Shown here one piece after another: positions 1 through 9,183 of a DNA stretch of 64,000 nt (the stretch's first letter is position 1; the number at the start of each line of letters is the position of its first letter). The notes beneath the pieces were generated by a model. That model was not told the DNA's origin, made no database searches, and was given only the letters and a program-made list of their open reading frames with translations. Position numbers and translations under genes: made by a program. The stretch lies in the sequence record ON286972. One strand, written 5' to 3'. This stretch comes from Escherichia phage A4.

Positions 1-189
1 AAGAAATACTCTTCAGCAGTTCGTGCTCGTTCACAAGAAGAATATGAAACGTTCATTGAAAGTATTCATTATGAAACAATGACTCGTGTAGATGGAAGTA
101 CTTATGAAGTTCGCGTTACAGTACTGAAACCTGAAGTTAATCCTCTTGAGAATTTGAAACCAGTCTACTGCTGGGGAACCTCAAACTAA
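1..189 (+). CDS. 3' end of an upstream gene, 5'-truncated by the window edge
   Basis: Open frame from position 1 to TAA at 187-189, same strand as neighbours; contains two in-frame AGT-ACT/GTA-CTG motifs. Confidence 0.4.
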   Translation, partial: KKYSSAVRARSQEEYETFIESIHYETMTRVDGSTYEVRVTVLKPEVNPLENLKPVYCWGTSN

Positions 190-203
190 TACATAATAAA
201 AAA

Positions 204-229
204 GGTCGGGAATATTCTCGGCCTTTTTG
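204..229 (+). terminator. Rho-independent terminator
   Basis: Hairpin ggtcgggaa..ttctcggcc followed by T-run, directly after the stop at 189. Confidence 0.5.
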
Positions 230-242
230 TCTATGAGGCACT

Positions 243-1082
243 ATGAAATTAAATTTTATTATCAACTTTAATGTTAAAGAAACCGATCATTACGCATCAG
301 AAGATGACCGTGTTGCACCAGCTTCGTCTGAATACATCAGAAATGAAAATGTCCATATGCATGAAAATTATTTCGACTTTGGTAATTTTATTATCTACCG
401 TGGATTTAAGGATGTTGTATTCCGTTCCAGATATGAAGACTTTGAACATGCACTCATTGATGTACCGGATGAATTAGTATTCCAGTTCATGTTACTTGGT
501 ATTAAAGATTATGACTTTATAGTTTATAACCATTATACTAAGCGTATTATGATTGGTAATGATTCATATGATCTTACTTATTATTCCAGTACTGATGAAG
601 ATTTAGAAAATATTAAACGCCGTTCTGGTGGTATACGTAATTGTTCATCTTCAAACTCCAGTAGAATGAGTGAAAGGTTTTTTGATTTCAAAAATAGCAA
701 TAATAACGACTGTGAAGACGCGGACAATACTGAACATGTAATGTTTGAAATTGACCACAATAATGGATATAATGACTTCCTTAACGTTCTGAAGCCTTAT
801 ATCAATCATAAATTCGTCAAAGATGTAAATCTGGTGGCACGTGACTTACAGTACAGTGATCGTACTGGTGGTATGCCTGTACCAATGGATCGTGTATGTA
901 CGAACAATACAGTATTCAATGTCCCACGAGAAGATGTTGCATTTGTATTTCTGGCATTTTTGAATTCAGATGCACTATGGGACGATAATGAAAGACAATT
1001 TAGTTCAAGACATATTGAAATAATTCGTCAAAATACATTACTACTGTGGAAGAAATTTACTGAAAATACCCAGGACAAATAA
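243..1082 (+). CDS. Hypothetical protein (279 aa)
   Basis: Track ORF with ATG start; no recognisable motif. Confidence 0.6.
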   Translation: MKLNFIINFNVKETDHYASEDDRVAPASSEYIRNENVHMHENYFDFGNFIIYRGFKDVVFRSRYEDFEHALIDVPDELVFQFMLLGIKDYDFIVYNHYTKRIMIGNDSYDLTYYSSTDEDLENIKRRSGGIRNCSSSNSSRMSERFFDFKNSNNNDCEDADNTEHVMFEIDHNNGYNDFLNVLKPYINHKFVKDVNLVARDLQYSDRTGGMPVPMDRVCTNNTVFNVPREDVAFVFLAFLNSDALWDDNERQFSSRHIEIIRQNTLLLWKKFTENTQDK

Positions 1083-1090
1083 ATTCTTGG

Positions 1091-1099
1091 TGATATAAT
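1091..1099 (+). promoter_or_regulatory. Extended -10 element TGaTATAAT (candidate promoter for the downstream structured element)
   Basis: TGATATAAT about 85 nt upstream of the conserved block; no good -35. Confidence 0.35.
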
Positions 1100-1184
1100 G
1101 ATGAGTGGCAATATATCTTTGTCACTCTTTTTTTTTTAATCCTGAAAGGTTCCATATGGAAATGATTAAGAGCCTAATCCACTC

Positions 1185-1653
1185 GAAAATGTAGAGGGTA
1201 GATGAGTAGTCCTTTCAGTACGAACAGCAGATGAAACCCGTCAGATGTGGGCATATTATGAACCCCTCACGGCAATGCGGCTGTATAAAGAACTCCGATA
1301 AGCACACAGAGAGTTCCTAGATAGACATATAAGGATCGCACCTTACCAGATTTGCTAAGGGAGATTTCATTAGAAATTGCGGTCAACTATTTGTACAAGA
1401 TAGTTGCGTCCAAAATTTGGTGAAATCAAATACCAGTACTGTTCATATGGTACTCGTATTATGTGTCGGGATGTTTAAGACCGACGACCGTTGCTACAAG
1501 AACCGCGATAGAGAGAAACAGAGCAACCCGCTTTCGCCTCGTTAAGAGAATTCGTGATATGAAATATGTGAAGACCACCAGCGTCAAATTTTAATTCTTT
1601 CCCCCAGTGGGGGGATGAAATATGCTCTTCCAAACCTCGTCAATATTAATTAA
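1185..1653 (+). ncRNA. Candidate large structured non-coding RNA, copy 1 of 2
   Basis: No ORF of 60 aa or more; GC-enriched; conserved blocks shared with 61771-62334; hairpins with compensatory changes. Confidence 0.45.
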
Positions 1654-1776
1654 AACCATTTAGTACTATTAGAATTATTCAGAGCGTAGCGATGAATTAA
1701 TTCTACTGATGTTGATTGAGTGCTAACGAAATCAATATCGAGTACATTATTTGATGTTTCCTAAAAAGGAATAATA

Positions 1777-2319
1777 ATGCCTGTATTTTCAAAGAACAAA
1801 ACAACAGAGATCATTTATAAATCAAAAGAATTTGAAGTACTAGAAGAATTTGATAGAGATTCATTTGATGGATATAAAATAGTAAAAGAAAAAGGAACTA
1901 TCAATCATATTGTTGAGTACATGGGAGGTGTAGAACTAGCAAAAATCACTTGTAGACCTACAAAAAACCCAGTAATTTTTTCTGTTCGCTATGGACATTA
2001 CGGAGAAGAGCGATATAATTCTAATACAGTATCAAGGAAATTCCATGTTGTAGATGGGAAATTAGAAGGGGAATCCAGACAATATAGTGTTCTTGGACTT
2101 CCTTTGTCAGTGAAGTACTTCCATCAAGGACATGATGTTACTATTGAAATTATGGATTTTATTGGGTTCAATGGTACAGTAGATGACTTCAACTTCTATG
2201 TATTAGCAGAAGATGAAGCATTCAATATAATGATGAAGTACGGTTCTAGATTTAAATTTTTATATGAGTACAACCTGGACAGTAAACTGTTCGATAATAT
2301 CTTACAGAACTGTCTATAA
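1777..2319 (+). CDS. Hypothetical protein (180 aa)
   Basis: Track ORF, AAAGGA RBS-like sequence before ATG. Confidence 0.55.
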   Translation: MPVFSKNKTTEIIYKSKEFEVLEEFDRDSFDGYKIVKEKGTINHIVEYMGGVELAKITCRPTKNPVIFSVRYGHYGEERYNSNTVSRKFHVVDGKLEGESRQYSVLGLPLSVKYFHQGHDVTIEIMDFIGFNGTVDDFNFYVLAEDEAFNIMMKYGSRFKFLYEYNLDSKLFDNILQNCL

Positions 2320-2333
2320 TTAAAGGAAAATCA

Positions 2334-2948
2334 GTGATATATAATTTTGGTATTAATGACATTCCTGGCGACTCCATACCATCAAGTTTGGATTATCATA
2401 TATATGATAAATGGACTGGAATAATTAGGCGTTGCTATAGTCTTAAAAGAACTGATAAGAATTTATCATACATAAACACAACAGTTTGTGATGAATGGAA
2501 ATATTATTCCAATTTCAAAAAATGGTTTAAACTTCACTATATTGAGGGATATCAATTAGATAAAGATATAATTGGGGGAGATAAAGATATTTACTCACCT
2601 GAAACGTGTGCCTTTATACCTGGTTTAATTAACAGTTGTATAATTGACGGAAATAGAGGTAATAATTATATTGGTGTGTCGTATTTCAATGATGATAGGT
2701 GTTCCAAAAAATATAGACCTGCAATATGTAAATTTGGAAAACAAATACGAAACTTTGGGTTATTTCACACACCTGAAGAAGCTCATCAAGTATGGCAAAG
2801 GGAGAAAATAAAATATCTATATGAAATCATAGAAAAATACAGTTCTGTTGTCGATTTAAGAGTTATTAATGGAATAAAGCGTAGAATAGATATTTTACAA
2901 TATGATTTAGATAATGGTTTGATAACAGAAACAATAAGTAAAATTTAA
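2334..2948 (+). CDS. Putative DNA-binding protein with AP2-like C-terminal region, possibly homing-endonuclease related
   Basis: GTG start after AAAGGA; C-terminal YIGVS..FG.F.TPEEA pattern resembles AP2 domains seen in phage HNH/AP2 proteins. Confidence 0.4.
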   Translation: MIYNFGINDIPGDSIPSSLDYHIYDKWTGIIRRCYSLKRTDKNLSYINTTVCDEWKYYSNFKKWFKLHYIEGYQLDKDIIGGDKDIYSPETCAFIPGLINSCIIDGNRGNNYIGVSYFNDDRCSKKYRPAICKFGKQIRNFGLFHTPEEAHQVWQREKIKYLYEIIEKYSSVVDLRVINGIKRRIDILQYDLDNGLITETISKI

Positions 2949-2964
2949 TAATGGAGAAAGTATT

Positions 2965-3486
2965 ATGTCGAAGAAGGATGCTTCGAAAAAACATTCGGTA
3001 CACTTCAGTACTGGAAAAGATAACTGGACTACTCCAAAGGAATTCTTTGAAGATTTGGATGAAGTCTGGGGATTCACACTTGATGCAGCATGTGTTAAAG
3101 AAACTGCATTATGTGACAAGTTTTTTACACCGGAAGATGATAGTCTTTCACAGGATTGGGGAAACAATATCGTCTTTCTTAACCCACCATACAGCGACCT
3201 GAAACCTTGGCTATCTAAGGCAGTTGATGCTTATAATAATGGTGCAACAGTACTGATACTTGTTCCATCACGTACTGATACAATTGCATTTCAGGAATAT
3301 GCATCTAAGCTTTGTGACTGTATTTGTTTTATTAAAGGACGTTTAAAATTTGGCATCCCTGAAGAACCAGATAAAAAGACTGATAGTGCTCCATTCCCTA
3401 GCTGTTTAATAGTACTGGATAAGTACTTAACACCAGCTAAAATCAACTATCTTAAATCTCTCGGTCAGGTGATGAAGAATATATGA
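2965..3486 (+). CDS. Phage Dam-like DNA N6-adenine methyltransferase
   Basis: WTTP..F..LDEVWGFTLDAAC, FLNPPYS, PSRTDT and RLKF motifs typical of the phage N6A-methyltransferase family. Confidence 0.85.
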   Translation: MSKKDASKKHSVHFSTGKDNWTTPKEFFEDLDEVWGFTLDAACVKETALCDKFFTPEDDSLSQDWGNNIVFLNPPYSDLKPWLSKAVDAYNNGATVLILVPSRTDTIAFQEYASKLCDCICFIKGRLKFGIPEEPDKKTDSAPFPSCLIVLDKYLTPAKINYLKSLGQVMKNI

Positions 3487-4022
3487 AAGACACTTGTATA
3501 GTAACGTATGGACGTATAAATCCAGTGCATTTGGGACATGGGTTAATTTTTGATAAAGCCGTATCGATGAAAGAACAATACAATGCTGACTTGAAAATAT
3601 ACCTTAGTACTACACAAGATTGTATTAAGAATCCATTACCACCTGAATTGAAAATGTATTACACTGAGGGTTTCTATCCAAGAATTCAACACAACATCAG
3701 TACTGAAGATAATCTTTTTGATATTATGCAGGAATTGAATGGTAAGTACAGTGATGTTCTTTTCATATGTGGTTCAGACAGGATAGAAAACTTTCAAAAT
3801 GTACTTGACAGATACAATGGAAACTTGTATAATTTTCGTAATATAAAAGCAATCCAAGCTGGTATAGACCGAACCGTTAGCAAGTACAGTTCAACTGAAA
3901 TGCGTTCTTTTGCTAAGCGTGATGATTTTGAAAGCTTCAGTTCTTATCTACCAGGTGATGATAATGACTTGAAAATAAAACTTTTTAAAGATGTAATAAA
4001 ATACATGAGGAAAGAACCATGA
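3483..4022 (+). CDS. Nucleotidyltransferase of the NadD/NMNAT/PPAT class (possible NMN adenylyltransferase)
   Basis: N-terminal YGRINPVHLGH (HxGH motif) and C-terminal SSTEMR (ISSTxxR-like) motif. Confidence 0.55.
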   Translation: MKDTCIVTYGRINPVHLGHGLIFDKAVSMKEQYNADLKIYLSTTQDCIKNPLPPELKMYYTEGFYPRIQHNISTEDNLFDIMQELNGKYSDVLFICGSDRIENFQNVLDRYNGNLYNFRNIKAIQAGIDRTVSKYSSTEMRSFAKRDDFESFSSYLPGDDNDLKIKLFKDVIKYMRKEP

Positions 4023-4312
4023 CAGTACTCTTCAAAACTAACCCAGTACTATGGGAACAAAATGAAAGTTCAGGATATCGTAATATCCAAGTAGAATACA
4101 AAGGTAACACTATTGTATCGGTTGTTGCGAACAAAACCCTAGGTGAATGGACATGTCAAGTGGTTCCAATGGGTTATTCATATCGTCTGGATGAAGTTGA
4201 ATTTCTCGCTAATCTTTATTCACAAATGCAGTTCATTATGAACTTCCTTTGTACTGATACTGAACTTACACACGATGATGTAATCAACTTACTGGACAAT
4301 TTACATGTCTGA
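4019..4312 (+). CDS. Hypothetical protein (97 aa)
   Basis: Track ORF, ATGA start/stop overlap with upstream gene. Confidence 0.5.
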   Translation: MTVLFKTNPVLWEQNESSGYRNIQVEYKGNTIVSVVANKTLGEWTCQVVPMGYSYRLDEVEFLANLYSQMQFIMNFLCTDTELTHDDVINLLDNLHV

Positions 4313-4595
4313 AATAAATGATATCACTTCTATCATATTGGATGAGTGTATTTTAGGATCATACGAAACATTTTCAGTACTAGACGGTATAGAACTATGG
4401 CACATTAAATGCCGTGGTATCAATGGCTTCAGTACTGAATGCAAAAAACTCTTGACTTCGTACAGTACAGAAGGTAAACTGTGTACAGTGAGGTCATCAC
4501 CGAGTCTTTCATATACTGGATATATAATTTATCTTGGAAGTGATCATTTATTCTATCTCACCAAGGAGAACTATTTTGACAAATACAAACAGTAA
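4305..4595 (+). CDS. Hypothetical protein (96 aa)
   Basis: Track ORF overlapping the upstream stop. Confidence 0.5.
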   Translation: MSEINDITSIILDECILGSYETFSVLDGIELWHIKCRGINGFSTECKKLLTSYSTEGKLCTVRSSPSLSYTGYIIYLGSDHLFYLTKENYFDKYKQ

Positions 4596-5193
4596 TACTT
4601 ATTTTCGTTATCTACGCCTTGGGCTATCCCTTCGTCCAATTCGAGGTAAATGTGATTCTCTTGCTGATTTAGATTATGCATATTCCATTTATGATGATGG
4701 TGTACAGTATGTTCTGGGTGACTTCGGTGAGTTTGAAGAAACCAATGACAGTACTGGTATTATGGACGGCATTGAGAATCTAGATTGCATCGTAAACAGT
4801 TCAAGACATGATGTAATCAAAGAAATTCATAAATTTATTGAAACTAACACAGCAAAAACTACATGGTGTTTAGTAGGTACAGATCCACAAATGGCAATTG
4901 CTTTTGGTAATGAAGATGGATATGTAGCACAACTTATCATGGATTTTGCATCTAAAGAGAAATTTGAAGAATTCAAAGCAAAGATGGTTCAATCACTTCT
5001 TCAGATGGGTATCCCTGAAGATAAGATGCCAGAGATTCAAGATATTGAAGAATTTGTCTTAATTCCTTCAGATGAAAAATATGACGTATTATTCAGTACT
5101 CTGAACATTCCAGGTGTTATCGTTGAAAGCTTTGATGACGATGATGGTGAAATCTACATCGAACTGGATGATGATGACGACGACGATGAATAA
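4576..5193 (+). CDS. Acidic hypothetical protein with poly-Asp C-terminal tail
   Basis: Track ORF 4534-5193 trimmed to TTG at 4576, 6 nt after AAGGAGA; C-terminus DDDDGEIYIELDDDDDDDE. Confidence 0.45.
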   Translation: MTNTNSNTYFRYLRLGLSLRPIRGKCDSLADLDYAYSIYDDGVQYVLGDFGEFEETNDSTGIMDGIENLDCIVNSSRHDVIKEIHKFIETNTAKTTWCLVGTDPQMAIAFGNEDGYVAQLIMDFASKEKFEEFKAKMVQSLLQMGIPEDKMPEIQDIEEFVLIPSDEKYDVLFSTLNIPGVIVESFDDDDGEIYIELDDDDDDDE

Positions 5194-5198
5194 TAATT

Positions 5199-5227
5199 AT
5201 GCCCGACTTTGTTCGGGCATCTTTTTA
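5199..5227 (+). terminator. Rho-independent terminator
   Basis: Hairpin atgcccga/tcgggcat followed by CTTTTT. Confidence 0.5.
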
Positions 5228-5238
5228 AGGAAAAGTAA

Positions 5239-5511
5239 ATGGATTATCGAGTACTGAATAGAACATATAAAGCTTTATACAAAACATATATTGAAAGTAA
5301 AGTACATAATCCTATCATTTATAAAAATCCAGTTTATATTATATGGAATGAATATTTTACAATGATTCAAAATTACTTTTACGCTAACGAAATCTTTATA
5401 GATGGTGAAATGCGTAAGCTAACACGCGTTGATAGTATAGGTGGTGAAATTGTGTTATTCTATACTGATTCTATTATTGGACAACAATCTATAAATTTAG
5501 AGATATTATAA
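5239..5511 (+). CDS. Small paralog family protein (array 1, member 1)
   Basis: ~90 aa; shares N-terminal Y/F-rich helix and central hydrophobic motif with neighbours. Confidence 0.55.
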   Translation: MDYRVLNRTYKALYKTYIESKVHNPIIYKNPVYIIWNEYFTMIQNYFYANEIFIDGEMRKLTRVDSIGGEIVLFYTDSIIGQQSINLEIL

Positions 5512-5777
5512 TGAATTATAAGGATTTACATTTCACCTATAAACTAACATTTTATATGTATCGTTACGCTGATAACAACTTCATGGATAATGCATTTTAT
5601 CATCGTTTGTGGAGTGATTATATAAATTCTTTACGTGAACATTTTATAGGTACTATAATTCAATACGAAGGTAAAACAGTAAAAATATTTCAAGTTGATA
5701 GTTACAACGGGGATCTATGCTTCAAGGGTAGAGATTCTAGTGATGGATTACATGAGATTTATATCTATGAATTATAA
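5511..5777 (+). CDS. Small paralog family protein (array 1, member 2)
   Basis: MNYKDLHFTYKL... HFIGT motif; TAATG overlap with upstream gene. Confidence 0.6.
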   Translation: MNYKDLHFTYKLTFYMYRYADNNFMDNAFYHRLWSDYINSLREHFIGTIIQYEGKTVKIFQVDSYNGDLCFKGRDSSDGLHEIYIYEL

Positions 5778-6042
5778 GGATTTACAATTCACGTACAAAA
5801 TTCTTCATGAACAATATGAACGTGGTGAAGGAATATTAACTTACGATGAACGAGATTTTTTTCTTACATTGTGGTGTGAATATTTGGCAATGATTAACGA
5901 GATTTTTGTTGATAAAGAATATATGATTGACGACATGACTGTACGTATTATCAGAATTAAAAGTTATAATGGAAGTCTTGTTGGAATTTACTATAACAAT
6001 GAAAAGGCGAAAAGCGGATTTGTTGATTTGGAGTACCTATGA
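5767..6042 (+). CDS. Small paralog family protein (array 1, member 3)
   Basis: Track ORF 5695-6042 trimmed to internal ATG 5767 giving MNYKDLQFTYKIL, matching paralog N-termini. Confidence 0.55.
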   Translation: MNYKDLQFTYKILHEQYERGEGILTYDERDFFLTLWCEYLAMINEIFVDKEYMIDDMTVRIIRIKSYNGSLVGIYYNNEKAKSGFVDLEYL

Positions 6043-6302
6043 ACTATAATGATTTACAATTCACGTATCAACTTTTATATGATGATATGAATAACGAACT
6101 AGGTTTCTATTATGAAGCACATAATAAAATATGGTCAAATTATCTATCTGAGATACAACATCATTTTATAGGACTTCCAATACGTAGAAATAATAAAAAC
6201 TATCGTTGTACTGATGTAGTAAGTCATAGAGGTAGGTTGCGTTTAGAATTCTACCGCAGAGACGGGGACTTCATTGGTATAAATTTACTGGATTTTAAAT
6301 GA
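6039..6302 (+). CDS. Small paralog family protein (array 1, member 4)
   Basis: MNYNDLQFTYQLL... HFIGL motif. Confidence 0.6.
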   Translation: MNYNDLQFTYQLLYDDMNNELGFYYEAHNKIWSNYLSEIQHHFIGLPIRRNNKNYRCTDVVSHRGRLRLEFYRRDGDFIGINLLDFK

Positions 6303-6586
6303 TGAAAAACAACTTAAAGGAAATACAAGTATTTTATAGATTCTTATACTTGTCATATGTAACAGATGAGTACTATGAAAGTGTATATTATTTTTTATGG
6401 CAACATTACCGTACTATAGTAAGAGATTTATATATAGGAAAATCTATCATATCCAATGGTGAAAAATGTACCTGTACTGATGTCGTTAGTTTTAATGGTT
6501 CTTTAACACTGTGTTTCATATGCGATAATAATAGTGGGTCATTTTCATTAAACGTATATCAGTTAGAAGGAATAAATTTTGAATAA
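6299..6586 (+). CDS. Small paralog family protein (array 1, member 5)
   Basis: ...LYIGKSIISNG... motif; ATGA overlap. Confidence 0.55.
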   Translation: MMKNNLKEIQVFYRFLYLSYVTDEYYESVYYFLWQHYRTIVRDLYIGKSIISNGEKCTCTDVVSFNGSLTLCFICDNNSGSFSLNVYQLEGINFE

Positions 6587-6779
6587 GTGTCCATATTGTA
6601 ACAGTACTCAATTAGCTCGTTTCCGCTTAGATTCAGACTGGGCCACTGGTGCTGGGGATTTCTTTCCCATCAATGATGATGCGGAATACACTGAAGAACA
6701 GCACAAAGATTTTGATAAATCATGGCGACCAGACATTGAGTGCATTTATTGCCTTAATTGTGAGCGTGTACATGACTAA
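6579..6779 (+). CDS. Small zinc-ribbon protein
   Basis: CPYC ... CIYCLNC cysteine pairs; TTG start, so start uncertain. Confidence 0.4.
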   Translation: MNKCPYCNSTQLARFRLDSDWATGAGDFFPINDDAEYTEEQHKDFDKSWRPDIECIYCLNCERVHD

Positions 6780-7035
6780 AGCTGAACTAATAGTTCATAC
6801 ATATAAAATGATAGCCAGTACTGAGTTATCCTGTGGTGCAGATAATCCAGTACTGGACTATTTTATAGAATCTTTGAAAGAACATTATATTGGTAAATCA
6901 CTGATTCTTAATAATATTAATTTCACTGTAAAGGATGTAGCACCTGGAAAAAACGTACTAATAGTATGTGTTACTTCATCTGATAACCCAGTATACCCAA
7001 TAACAATAATTTTTGAGGTATTAGGTGATTTATGA
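6772..7035 (+). CDS. Small paralog family protein (array 1, member 6)
   Basis: Track ORF 6649-7035 trimmed to ATG 6772 (ATGACTAA overlap); contains HYIGKSLIL motif. Confidence 0.5.
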   Translation: MTKAELIVHTYKMIASTELSCGADNPVLDYFIESLKEHYIGKSLILNNINFTVKDVAPGKNVLIVCVTSSDNPVYPITIIFEVLGDL

Positions 7036-7322
7036 ATATCATTTTAATACAGAAAACATATGCTATATTGGTGAAAGATTATTCCATTACTTTCGATTCA
7101 CAAGAAAGTGCTCTACATAACCTATACAAAAACGTATCACAAGAATACAGAAATATGTTTTCTGACTTAGTAGTAGGAAGATATTTCAGTACTAGAAAAT
7201 ATCCAAAACTTCAAGTAGAAGATGTTTCTTTTTATTTCAATGGTCATATTACTATTCATAGTTTAGACCAAAATTCACCAACGTACTTAAACTTTTCATT
7301 CGATGAGGTAACCTTTTTATGA
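7032..7322 (+). CDS. Small paralog family protein (array 1, member 7)
   Basis: Same length class and motif spacing (LVVGRYF). Confidence 0.5.
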   Translation: MNIILIQKTYAILVKDYSITFDSQESALHNLYKNVSQEYRNMFSDLVVGRYFSTRKYPKLQVEDVSFYFNGHITIHSLDQNSPTYLNFSFDEVTFL

Positions 7323-7501
7323 GAACATTATTTTTTATCTGGAGTCTTTTTTCTCTTGCAGTACTGACAGTATGTGGGATTTGTTTCTTATCGACAATGA
7401 ATGTCTGGTACATTAATTTACTATTCCCATTCGTAGGTGTAGGTTTAGGATTTACTTTACATAGTGTATGTAAGGATTTCAATGACAAATCAAACAAATG
7501 A
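7319..7501 (+). CDS. Small membrane protein (60 aa)
   Basis: Two hydrophobic segments; ATGA overlap. Confidence 0.45.
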   Translation: MRTLFFIWSLFSLAVLTVCGICFLSTMNVWYINLLFPFVGVGLGFTLHSVCKDFNDKSNK

Positions 7502-7766
7502 AGTACTTATTGCTGAAACAATGAAGATGATTTATAGTATTACTACAGCACAGAATATGCCCTATCCCATTAAGTCTTTATTGAGGACCGTGTATCTTGT
7601 GACTGTGCAGGAATACTATAAATCCAAGCACAAAAGCATTATTAGTGTTCATCGTGATTATGAAAGGATTCGTATTTTGTACTGGAACAAGAACCGAGTA
7701 CGTTCTGAATGTGACCTTGCGGACTTCAAATTAGAGAATCTTTATTGTTATAAAGCGGGACAGTAG
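7482..7766 (+). CDS. Hypothetical protein
   Basis: Track ORF 7464-7766 trimmed to ATG 7482 (MTNQTNEV). Confidence 0.45.
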   Translation: MTNQTNEVLIAETMKMIYSITTAQNMPYPIKSLLRTVYLVTVQEYYKSKHKSIISVHRDYERIRILYWNKNRVRSECDLADFKLENLYCYKAGQ

Positions 7767-7824
7767 TATAAGTAGTGATATAATTGTTGGTATGGAATAA
7801 TAACTAACACAAGGAGCGTGTAGA

Positions 7825-8553
7825 GTGATTGACCGTATCAGATTTGCCAGCGAGTTAGCAAACCAATTAAACATTGCAAATTTCCAAATGCTAACATCCG
7901 TAATGGCAGAACATGCAACTGCATATTCAGTAAGTGGTGTCCAATGCGGACAAGAGAATTTACTAGCTGATGTATACAGTGAAGTGCAAGGTAAACAATA
8001 TTCAGTCAAAACATACAAGGATAAGTTTGTTAGTCTGTATATGAACGGCGATATTGAAGAAGAACGTAAGTTTACCGATTTTATTATTGAACGCCGTGTA
8101 TCAGGTGTGTCAAACCCGAATGCTGCAAGTGATGTAGTATTTGATGAAGTACTGAAAGATATATACGAAAATGAAGCAAAAAGTAAGAATCATTACAATG
8201 TACGTGAAACTAACACAGTGCTCTTGGGATATGATGAAGACGAATTTTTCTATTATTTCCGTATAACTGAAGTACCTTTTGATTATAAAAAACCACATAC
8301 CACATGTGCTCGTGAATTTACTGAAAAGAGTAAAAACTACAAAAAGCACGAAGGTAATCGTTGTAGCGTAAATGGTTATGATGAGAATGGTGTACACATT
8401 TATGAATGGGTGCACCCGAACTGTCAGACTTACACACGTTGCCTTAAAAAGAGATATAATTTAGAAGAACATGAGTCTTTCTACTTCAAAGTTAAGAAGC
8501 AAGATTATAACAGACCAGACGATTCTGAATTACTTGGTATGATTTACTTCTAA
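7825..8553 (+). CDS. Hypothetical protein (242 aa)
   Basis: GTG start 9 nt after AAGGAG. Confidence 0.55.
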   Translation: MIDRIRFASELANQLNIANFQMLTSVMAEHATAYSVSGVQCGQENLLADVYSEVQGKQYSVKTYKDKFVSLYMNGDIEEERKFTDFIIERRVSGVSNPNAASDVVFDEVLKDIYENEAKSKNHYNVRETNTVLLGYDEDEFFYYFRITEVPFDYKKPHTTCAREFTEKSKNYKKHEGNRCSVNGYDENGVHIYEWVHPNCQTYTRCLKKRYNLEEHESFYFKVKKQDYNRPDDSELLGMIYF

Positions 8554-8561
8554 GGTAAGTT

Positions 8562-8840
8562 ATGAATTTACAAAGAGATGTGTGGACATATGAATATCTT
8601 TTAGAACTTTATGGTGATATGTATATTAAAAATAAACCATACATAGACGATATAAGGGCTATGATAGATGATTTTTCTTCTGAGTTTATTCCACTTTATA
8701 CTAATAAAGAAGTTACACATAAATCAATGAATAAATCAGGTATCATTGATGAAATTGATTTTGATACACATGGTGTATATTTTTATATTATTTTCTCCAA
8801 TGATACTGTTGGTATATACACGTATAAAGAATTAAAATAA
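8562..8840 (+). CDS. Hypothetical protein (92 aa)
   Basis: Track ORF followed by terminator. Confidence 0.5.
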   Translation: MNLQRDVWTYEYLLELYGDMYIKNKPYIDDIRAMIDDFSSEFIPLYTNKEVTHKSMNKSGIIDEIDFDTHGVYFYIIFSNDTVGIYTYKELK

Positions 8841-8845
8841 GTACA

Positions 8846-8872
8846 GGCCAGCATGGATTGCTGGTCTTTTTT
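8846..8872 (+). terminator. Rho-independent terminator
   Basis: Hairpin ccagc-atggatt-gctgg followed by TCTTTTTT. Confidence 0.55.
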
Positions 8873-8883
8873 GTAGGTACATT

Positions 8884-9183
8884 ATGGACAAAATACAATT
8901 AGTTAGTAGTACGATAACAATGCTCGCAGATGCTGCCAGATGGAGCAGTGGTGGTTCCGTTAGTACTATGCTCAGTATACTCACGCAATACACCTATACC
9001 TGCAATGCAATGTTATATGGCAAGGAAGTTGAAATTGATGATCCCTATGGAATTCCCATATCATATGACCGAGGTGTAATAAAAAGGGTTACTATGAGAC
9101 TAACATATCATCCATATTTTGTAGTAGAACTTCCTGATGGAAAATTAAGAGAATATGTTGCTAAAAGGTTAAAACTAAAATGA
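8884..9183 (+). CDS. Hypothetical protein (99 aa)
   Basis: Track ORF. Confidence 0.5.
   Translation: MDKIQLVSSTITMLADAARWSSGGSVSTMLSILTQYTYTCNAMLYGKEVEIDDPYGIPISYDRGVIKRVTMRLTYHPYFVVELPDGKLREYVAKRLKLK

Noticed and set aside
1185-1653. Group I or group II intron interpretation of the structured elements
   Set aside because: Both copies are intergenic, with no interrupted flanking reading frame; I could not find group II domain V or group I P7 core sequences by eye. Not fully excluded without a covariance-model search.
1185-1653. RNase P RNA, tmRNA or tRNA interpretation of the structured elements
   Set aside because: Only a short loose resemblance (acagag..cccgcttt) to the RNase P 3' region; no AGGAAAGUCCGG-like P4 strand, no tRNA-like acceptor/T-arm and no tmRNA ends.
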